This document shows positions 54,807 through 64,000 of a stretch of 64,000 nucleotides of DNA, one piece after another. Under the pieces are notes generated by a model, which saw only the letters and a program-made list of their open reading frames with translations, did no database searches and was not told the origin of the DNA. The stretch covers positions 156,364,001-156,428,000 of the forward strand of contig OZ024741.1 in NCBI GenBank assembly GCA_964016885.1. The letters are read 5' to 3'. This DNA is from Eledone cirrhosa (Eukaryota). Every line of letters begins with the position of its first letter. The first letter of the stretch is position 1. A program made the translations under genes and the position numbers.

Positions 54807-57800
54807 ATGACTTCACTCAGAATAGGCAGCATAAATGCGCGTGGCTTGGGGTCGTCATGGAAGCAGGGCCACCTGCTCAACGACCTCAGGTCGCTAAACA
54901 TAGAATGAGGTGACCATCAGCGGGACCAGAATCTCCGAAGCACGGGCCTTCGCACCGATCTTCAGCGGCTACGACGTGTACGCATCTCCCAGCCGTCCTG
55001 GATAGGGGGAGGTGTTGCTGTGCTTTTTCGGAGAGGTTTGGATCTCGCCATACGGGCCATCTTCCTGGACCCAGAAGGTAAGGTGGTGGTGCTGGACGTG
55101 ACCAGCGGAGACGGACAAGCTTTCAGGCTAGTGGCCGTCTATGCCCCGAGAGGAGCAGGACGGCCTGATTTCTTCCGGCGCCTGGAGACCTTTCTAGGAA
55201 CGCCCCGCTCTTTAGTGTTAGTGGGCGACTGGAAGGGGATCTTAGATGCACACTGGGACAGTGTAGGATAGCGGATAGGGGAGGAGGGTGCAAGAGCCTC
55301 ACCAATCTGCTCAGGCGTTTTGAACTGTCTGACAGGTACCGATTGGATTTCCTGAATGTGCCAATGTGAACTTGGACAAACCGCATAAGGTCATCCAGAT
55401 CATATCTAGATAGAGTATTTTGTAGGGAACTATATAGGTCTAGCATAGGCTGTCGACAATTCAAGATAGTCAGCTACACGGACCACAACTCCGTGATCTG
55501 TGTGCTTGACTTAGATAGGCTTCATAGACGAGGACCCGGCTACTGGAAGCTAAACGCGTCCTTACCAGCGCGCAAGGCCTACAGAGAACGGAGTAGCGAA
55601 CTAGTTAAACGGGCGTTGACGGGGGTCATCGTCAACAACAAGTGGTGGTTTGTTCTGAAAAGAGCGATTAGAATAGAGTCCATTAGATGTAGTAAGGCTT
55701 TAGCAATAGAGAAAAAATAGAGCAGAGGGAGAACTAGTTAGAAAATTAGATGAGGCGCTTAGCAAAGGCATCGCGACCGACGTACTTGCAGCAAAATTGG
55801 CCCTTGACCAATTCTTCAATGCAAAGCACGAAGGCTGCATTGTCAGAGCTAGGGTGCGTGCTCTCAGACACGAGTGGACGAAAGCCGTTCAATGGGTCCG
55901 AGTGGCAGAGGTGCGTAGTGACAACAAAGCCACGATCCGGTCTTTGGTGGACCAAGACGGGCGCATGCTACTCGATCCCGGGCAAATGTGTGAAGCTTTT
56001 CAGCGACATTTCGCTCAGCTGTTCGGGGGAAGCGACGGGCCGGGTCAAGGGATGGACTTTAGTGTCTACCTCGACGGACTACCGCGGCTCTCGGCCACTG
56101 AGGCGGAGTGTTGCGAAAAGCCGATAACAGCTGCTGAAGTATGGGGGGCAAGGACTGGCTGCACAAGGGGTAAATCGCCTGGTTTCGATGGTTTACCCTA
56201 TGAACTTTACCTACAGATGCCAGACTTGTTCGGAGGCCTCTTGGCGGACGTCTACTGCAATTAGCAACAGAATGGGAGAATTCCCAGCTCTGTGAGCCGA
56301 GGAGCGGTGTCGCTGCTGAGAAAGGTTCCGAACAAGGGGGATAACATAGATAATTTCAAGCCCATAACTCTGCTAAACAAAGATTTCAAGATTTTGGCCA
56401 AGGTGTTAGCAAAGAGGTTGGCGCTTGTCGTTGGTGGTCTGGTGGGAGAGGCGCAGACATGCGCCATTCCAGACAGATCCATCCACGACAACCTCCACCT
56501 CATGCCATACATCGTAGAGAGGGTAGCTAGGGAACCTTGCACGTGTGGGTCCTTGATCAATTTAGATCAGTCGAAAGCTTTCGATAGGGTCGAACATCGT
56601 TATCTGGCGGCAGTCCTGAGGGCGGCTGGCTTTGGACCCGTCTTCAGAGGCTGGATCGCTGCCATGCACAGCGACATCCGCTCTGTGTAGAGAATGAACG
56701 GTCAGCTTTAAGAACCGTTCAACATCATGCGCTCGGTCCGCCAAGGATGTCCCCTCCCGTCCCTATTGTACGTATTGACTCTCGAGCCATTACTACACAA
56801 ACTGGAGACGTTGAGGGGCGTCCCGCGCGAGCTAGGATGCGGAAGATCCGTGGCAGCATATGCGGACCGTGTCACCGTAGTGGTGTCGAACGCCAAACAC
56901 ATCGAGGCGATCGGCACTACACTAAGAGAATACGAAGCGGTGACATGAGCAATGATCAACCAGGAAAGGTCAGTGGGCCTGCAGCTCGGCACCTGGAGAG
57001 GCAGGTCCATGCCGTCCAACAGCGTCGTCGGGCGCTGGTCGGACGGACCGGTTAAATTGCTAGGGGTCTGGTTCGGTTCGGACCTCCACACGGACAAAAA
57101 CTGGGATGAGGTGACGAGCAGGGTGGTTCTTTCACCCAGAAATCGGCGGAGGTGGCTAAGGCGTACATCGCATCCGTCATCTACTACGGCCTGACCGTCG
57201 TACCTTGTCCTAAGCCCCGCCTGACTGCGCTGGAGCGTTTGCTCTTTCGCTTTTTGTGGAAGGGATGCGCTGCGTTTGTCAGGCGGTCCATCTACTGTCA
57301 ACACCCGCTACATGGATGGCTGGGCATGCCATGGCTGATGATGCGCAGACATGCGCTCAGGCTACGACATCTCCACCTCTTCCTCGACGGTGATCAGGTG
57401 TGGTTGCCGTTTGCTAGACGCGTCTTTCCCCAGCTCGTCTCATTGACGGAGCTGCAGTCCTGGGTCAAGCGAAGACCGAGAGGGAGCGCTTGGAGACTGG
57501 AATGTCTTCAGGCGCTCACATCCCTCGACCAATCGGGCAATGTGATCGTAGGAAACTCCACCTTGGCGTTCTATAGAAGATTAGTGGAAGGGAAGAGCGA
57601 CGACGTACTTGGGGAAACTCTAGGCGTCGACGAAAATCAACTAGCCAATCTCTTCGGAAGAACTTTCGGGTCGGGGCCTATGGACAACTTCCAGAAATCC
57701 CTGGCCTGGCAGTGCTACCGAGGAGCTTTGCTAGTTCGGGATAAACTCTACAGGCATGGAGGTGCCGTCAGCCGGGCATGTCCGAGATGCGCGCAGGGCG

Positions 57801-58195
57801 AAGAAACCGTCCTGCGCGCACTCGTCCAGTGTCCGAGCATTGCTGACTTGTGGGTTTATGTCGAACACCTGCTGTCGCGTGTAGGACGGATCCAGCTATC
57901 AGCTGAGTCCATCCTGAGGATTGCCCCGCCCTCTTCCTTTAGCCGGGAAGGGCAGGAAGTTTTTATCTGTCTGGTGGCCATGGCGAAAGAGATAGTATGC
58001 TGGACACGTTTGAAAGGGCTGAAGACGAGCACTTACCTCTTCGGTGATGCCCTGATTAACTTTTTCAAATTTCATTTGAAAAGGAAAATCAGGGTAGAGA
58101 GGGAAGTGCCCTCTTTGAAGCACTTTGTTGAAAGATGGGTGAGAGAGGCAAGAATGGCCCGAGTGAATGGGCCTACTCTGAGTATGTGTCTGTAA
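54807..58195 (+). pseudogene. Tx1 ORF2 (APE-RT), disrupted
   Basis: INARGLG, VYAP, GDW, GYWKLN, KSPGFDGLPYELY, DQSKAFDRV, VRQGCPL, AYAD, CPRC..ETV. Confidence 0.93.
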
Positions 58196-58473
58196 ATTAA
58201 AGGTGGAAAACTGGGAGAGGGCACTTGCCTTGGTGGTCAGGGTCATTGTGGCTTTTTACTGGGCTTTCTCCACAAATGTCCCTCCGAAGTTTCCCCCCTA
58301 TTGGGGAATTTTTCATTGTTATTTTCATTGTTATTTTTGTTACATCCTCTGTTTTTGTTTTTCACACGCAGAAATGCCCATTTGTACCGTCCTGCATTGT
58401 CCTGCACTGTCCTTAATGTCTACTTTATGTAAACCCTTGTGGTTAATAAAGAAATCATTATTATTATTATTAT

Positions 58474-58543
58474 TGGGGTCGATAAAATAAAGTACCAGTA
58501 ATGCACTGGTGAATTGCTGGCCTTGTGCCTAAAGGTAGAAACT
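58474..58543 (+). mobile_element. SINE 3'-tail stub within (ATT)n
   Basis: Nearly identical to 54428-54490. Confidence 0.78.
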
Positions 58544-58780
58544 ATTATTATTATTATTATTACTCTATAAATAAATAAATAAATAAATAAAGAAATAAAG
58601 AAATCATTATTATTATTATTCTTTCACTACTTCCACTATTAGCACAACTACAAATACCACCACCATAAACATTATTACTACCACTACCACCACCATTGCC
58701 GCTACTAGTAGTAGTCTCCACAGACATCAACATGGTGAAATTAATTTCTGAAAGAAATAACAAAGAGCAGAAATGTTTTT

Positions 58781-58821
<41 letters not shown>

Positions 58822-58850
58822 ATATTTTTTTATATATGTATATCTATATA

Positions 58851-59657
58851 TCTGTATATATATAAAATTAAGTATGTGTGTGTGTGTCTGTGTATTACCT
58901 ATATGGGCCTACATCTTAAGACCGATTTTCATGAAACTTTACAGGCTCATGGATTAGTCATCGGGGAGTGTTTTCTATATATCAGCGTATCCTTTTTTTT
59001 TTATTCCGGGGTCATTCTGCAGATAAAAATCGATAGGGGTCACCTTTTTTTAGGTATCGAAAAATTAGATTTTTGGCTCTCGCTACCACATTTTGCCACC
59101 GATTCCGTTCAAATTTTAAAGCACGATAGAATTTATCATTGCACATCCTCTAACGGCTTAATATTTTGCATTTGTTGTTCAGGGACAGCGTGGCAGCCGC
59201 TTAAATATTCAAAAATACCACTTTTAGTCTGAAATTTCCCCTTTTTCGGCTCTAGCTCCCACATTAATCAACCTACTTTGTTCAAATTTTACACTACGCT
59301 AGATCTGGTTATTTCACGTCTTAAAGTGGCTTTACATTTAGGATTTATTGTTCAGAAACGGCGTGGCAGCCGATTAAATATTCGAAAATACTACCTTGTC
59401 GGCTCAAATTTCCGCCTTTACGGCTCTAGCTCCCACATTTTTCAACCAATTTCGTTCAAATTCGAAACTCCCTCCCCCAGCATGCCTCTTCGTCAGTCAC
59501 CCGCGTTTCTCAGTGATAGATCCCATGACCACCCTCCCCCGCATGGCCTTAGTGTGGCCATAGATGAGTCATCGAGAAGCAGTCGCTAAGATCAACACCT
59601 TTTCATCAAACCAGATATTATTTTACCTACCCAGGCAACGCTGAGTACTGCTGCTAG
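58851..59657 (+). mobile_element. Non-autonomous Helitron
   Basis: 5' TCTGTATATATATAAAA; internal subrepeats; 3' CCAGGCAACGCTGAG hairpin and CTAG|T. Confidence 0.75.
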
Positions 59658-59744
59658 TATATATATATATGTGTGTGTGTGTGTGTGCGTGTGTGTAAAC
59701 AAATATATGTATATATATATGTGTGTGTAAGTATGTATGTATGT

Positions 59745-59795
<51 letters not shown>

Positions 59796-59973
59796 CTGTG
59801 TTTGAAGTAGTAGCCTTTCTCCGCCTTGATATAACCACATCATAATCTTGAAAAAATCTTATGTAAGAGAAAACAATTACAATTGCAATTCACATATGTG
59901 GCCTTTCTACAGAAATATCTTTTGGTGGGAGTAAACACATCCAACAACAACATTAAGAATTTTAACAATAATG

Positions 59974-60110
59974 ATTTCTGATTTAAGCACAAGGCCAACA
60001 ATTTGGGGGGCAGGGGAAAATCGATTAAATCGGCCCCAGTGCCTGACTGGTGGTTTATTTATCTACCCCGTAAGGATGAAAGGCAAAACTAACCCTGGTG
60101 GTATTTGACT
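59974..60110 (-). mobile_element. Partial SINE
   Basis: Homologous to 45765-45900. Confidence 0.7.
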
Positions 60111-60411
60111 GAACACGTGGAAGTTCCATATGTTTTAAATGTTCAGATTTCTATTTTCATGCATAAATTCATAGATGTTCTAAACATTGTTTTACTATGT
60201 TAACTGTAGCGTTACTATAAATCACGAAACAAGATGGGAAAACAAAATTAATGGATACAATGTTTCTGTTCGAACTTCCAAGAATATTACCACATGCAAC
60301 ATGGACCACTTAGAAGGGGAGGAATACAACAGCGAATTAGTTGTGACTATAACACACAAGGTGAAGACACTAGCCCTAATATATAATCATGATTTCTACA
60401 TTAGGCACGAA

Positions 60412-60545
60412 TAAATCTACCCCAGTGCATTAGTGGCACTTCATTTTATCGACCCCGCAGCAGCAGGATTTGAACTCAAACCGTAAAAGACCGTAACTCT
60501 ATGCTGCAAAGTATGGTGCTCGATGCTCTACTGATAAATCCGCTT
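60412..60545 (-). mobile_element. Partial SINE
   Basis: GAGTTCAAATCC B box; homologous to 46120-46275. Confidence 0.65.
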
Positions 60546-61085
60546 CGTTTCTTACAGCTAGATTATGCAGCGAGATTGAAATGTTTGTTATGCTCATATT
60601 ATATAACTCAACTTTTAAAATTAAATAAAAAAGAAAACTAAAATATTGTAGAAATTCTTTTTTTAATGACTACATTATTTTATATGAATTTAATGCCATC
60701 CAAATGATTAATTCTGATGAAGAAATGTTTTAAGAAAACTAAAAATAAATACCCAAACCTAAAAAATAAAAAAATAATAATTGAAATCCCAAATGATATG
60801 AAATAGAAATTCGATGAAAAAAAAAGATGAAATAAAAATTAAACGGAAAAGAGTTAACATGAAAAACATAACGAAATAAAAAATAAATGAAAAAGGAATC
60901 AAAATTAACAATCTAAAATTAAACGGATAAAAGATTGAATCACAAAATTCGACAAGAAAAATTAAACGAAATCAGCAGTTATCTACTGGCATAGACAATT
61001 AAACGATGGGGTATTTTAATCTTTAATAATAATATACAAATTATGTATACACACACAATCACACACACACACACAAATTATCTAT

Positions 61086-61154
<69 letters not shown>

Positions 61155-61172
61155 TATATATATATATATATA

Positions 61173-61232
<60 letters not shown>

Positions 61233-61242
<10 letters not shown>

Positions 61243-61630
61243 TAAACGGAATAGAAAATGCTGACAAATTGTTCACAGTTGAAAAATGGTTTAATTAGGA
61301 ATAAAAGAGTATTAGTGATTGTATGGGTTAGTATTCAGTTGTGGTTTTAAGTTTTTAAGTTTTTACCGGTTGCGCATTTCTAAATGCTTTTCAAAAATAA
61401 TTTTGAGATAGAGTGTCCGTGCTGTTTGCTCGAGCAAACAGCACGGACACTCTATCTCAAAATTATTTTTGAAAAGCATTTAGAAATGCGCAACCGGTAA
61501 AAACTTAAAAACTTAAAACCACAACTGAATACTAACCCATACAATCACTAATACTCTTTTATTCCTAATTAAACCATTTTTCAACTGTGAACAATTTGTC
61601 AGCATTTTCTATTCCGTTTACCAATATATA
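61233..61630. repeat. 398-bp spacerless palindrome (CTCGAG axis)
   Basis: No mismatch seen between arms; the left arm starts in (TA)n. Confidence 0.95.
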
Positions 61631-61684
61631 ATAACTTGTGTGTTACACCTCTATTCTTTTAACTATATATATATATATATATAC

Positions 61685-62114
61685 GACTTTATGCAACTTC
61701 AGAAACCCCATCTTATGCCCCTTTAGAAATGAATGTCTAGTGAAGAGCCTAATCTACCGATGCAGCGTTAAAACCCCCAGCTCGGAGCATGTTTACATAG
61801 GAGCCACGTCGACGAGCTTCAAGGACAGGTGGTATAATCACCGCCATTCCTTTCATAGGGTCGACAAAAGGAAAAATACGACTCTTTCCGAACTGATCTG
61901 TCAGCTCAAGCTGGACAAGACCCCGTAATCTTTGGTTTGGTCCAAAGTTATGGAGGTACCACCAGATGGAGGTGGATCTGACATTTGCCGCCTCTGTCTA
62001 AGGGAGACACTCGAGATACTCAGTGGTGGAATAAATTTAATCAATCATTGGATAGATTTCTTTGGTACATGTAGACACCTAAGGACAGGGATTTTCCTCA
62101 AGCTGTATGGATAG
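61685..62114 (+). pseudogene. Penelope-like GIY-YIG endonuclease, 5'-truncated at (TA)n, one stop
   Basis: CPFRNECLVKSLIYRC..VYIGATSTSFKDRWYNH..*..CRLCLRETLEI..IN..CRH; same type as 1364-1725. Confidence 0.87.
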
Positions 62115-63021
62115 CAACCCACCACACTAAGTCCTAGAGACATTAACTCCGCCTACTGTATCTACCTCTCTCTCTTCTCCTGTCCTCTCTTCTCGCCTTG
62201 ACTAACATTTAAAACACCTAGAGCCGCAATTACTTAGCGATTAGGCCTGTGCCTCCCATCACTGTTATTTACCCTTCCTTCTCACTTCCTTAGTTCGAAC
62301 CCGAGTTATCGGCTACTAGCTAATTAGCGAGATAATATACGTTGGCAGGGTCCTACACTGGGGTTCTCCATGCATCCTACATTTCCGACCAACGGGCTTC
62401 CCGGGAAGTGATCTGGTTCTCCGAAGGACAAGCTACCTCAAACCTAACCCCTTTCGCACACAAAAGTTAGTACTAACAGTGATATGTAAATACGAAGTAC
62501 CTATTATGCCCCTCCTCCCCAAAGGGTACATGTGTGTCTGTGCGTGTGTGTAAATGTACACGTATGTGTGTGTGTATATTTTAGTGAGTGCATGTATAGA
62601 TGTGTACACAGATATGATTAGGTATAGATATATCTGAATGTATAGATGTAAGTGTGAGCGTGCAAGCATGTATATGTGTGTGTACGTGTGGGAATATGTA
62701 GAAATCTGTTTGTGGATATGTACTAAATGTTTAAAATATCGATTATAATGCTTAACAGTTATTAACTTTTAACACTTATAAATCTTTACACGTATAGGTT
62801 TTAACACCAACAGTTATAATTCTAACATCTCCTACTATCAGGATATGGATAAGCACTCAAGCTCTCAGAAGAACACATATCGGTTGCACGCATGATTTCT
62901 TCACTAGCAACAACAATATTACCGCAAAAGAGAGATAGTGGCTGACCTGCGTACACCACTGCCACTATAGCAAAATAGGTCAACTAGACCAAAACACCTT
63001 TACATGCAGTTATTATAGCTG

Positions 63022-63200
63022 CAGGGCAGTATCGGTAGAGGGTCGGACGCCATGCTTTGCAGCAAAGAGTTACGACCCTTTATGGTCTGATTTCAAATCC
63101 CGCGGTTAACTTTGCCTTTCATCCTTATGGGTTCGATAAAATAAAGCACCAGTAATACACTGAGATAATTGCTGGCCTTGTGCCAAACGTAGAAACAATT
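63022..63200 (+). mobile_element. tRNA-derived SINE
   Basis: GGCAGTATCGG A-box-like, TTCAAATCC B-box-like, GGCCTTGTGCC..GTAGAAAC tail. Confidence 0.75.
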
Positions 63201-63423
63201 ATAGCTGATTGTTAAAATCAACCCTAGCAGGCCGACCTGCTTCAAGGACAACTGACCTGTTAGGATAGCATCTGGCCAATGAGAGGAAAATATACCCTTC
63301 AGATGCTCAAGTTCGTTCATTTTAGTTCATATACCACCAGTTCTTTGAATTAACACACCACATATCAATGTTTATATTTTGTTTTTGTGTATGCAAAAAT
63401 ATCTGTACACGAATATATAATTA

Positions 63424-63560
63424 TCTATATATATAAAACAGAAGATGTCTGTGTGTCTGTTTCCCTAAAACTCGAGAAGTACCCAACCGGTTTTTTTCAA
63501 ACTTTATACATGTACTTGTATGACCCCGGAAGTGTTTTGAGCAAAAACATTTCAAATTGT
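63424..63560 (+). mobile_element. Helitron-like 5' end, lying between inverted repeats 63369-63416 and 63861-63908
   Basis: TCTATATATATAAAA..GTCTGT..ACCG.TTT..AAACTTT, like 58851; no 3' end found. Confidence 0.45.
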
Positions 63561-64000
63561 CAATGCCCTAGGGACCGCATTAGGCGATTAAGCGATCTCT
63601 TTCTCTTTCTCTTAGTCTTTCTCTTTTTAGATAGATACATAGATATGACGTCGCGCCTTCATAATATCTGTCTGTATGCCTGCTGTCTGCATTACGTCAT
63701 TATGACGCGATCAGTGTGTGTGTGTATATATATTCTTATGACAGGGAACCAAAGTATCGTCTTCCTGTTTTCCAGATTGATTCTTTTAGTTTAAGAATAT
63801 CCCGTTAAGGTTGAAAGCAGCAATTCTTTGCTTAAACATTAATATGTTATTTTAATATAGATATTCGTGTACAGATATTTTTGCATACACAAAAACAAAA
63901 TATAAACAAACAAGGCCAAAGATTACATCAATTAGTCTTAGTGTATGTACATCATACTGCTTTTAGGTAGAATATCCCGTTAAGGGTGAAAGCAGTGATT

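Larger units (their letters stand above)
52693..58455 (+). mobile_element. Full-length decayed Tx1-type element, copy B (different subfamily)
   Basis: Same architecture, head-to-tail with copy A, bounded by (ATT)n. Confidence 0.9.

Noticed and set aside
60712-60745. CTGATGA...GAAA motif
   Set aside because: No convincing stem II in very AT-rich DNA; likely chance.

Overview
AT-rich, repeat-saturated eukaryotic DNA with no recognisable host gene. The SINE and microsatellite content resembles cephalopod (octopus) genomes, but that is an inference. Contents: (1) a ~30 kb satellite of ~20-bp units (TTTGGGTGCCCCGTTTTTTA / TATGGGGGGTCCGTTTTT, 4389-34330). It flips strand at 4550 and at a TATATA axis at ~32760, and each arm embeds the same internally deleted Penelope-like (GIY-YIG) fragment. 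(2) Many Penelope-like element (PLE) remnants inserted in (TA)n, carrying at least six type I hammerhead ribozymes with intact cores plus several decayed ones, often as fold-back palindromes with a stereotyped layout. (3) Two decayed full-length Tx1-type LINEs in tandem at (ATT)n (46796-58455). (4) Helitron derivatives. (5) tRNA-derived SINEs whose 3' tail resembles the Tx1 tail. Most supplied ORFs are artefacts of satellite or microsatellite sequence.
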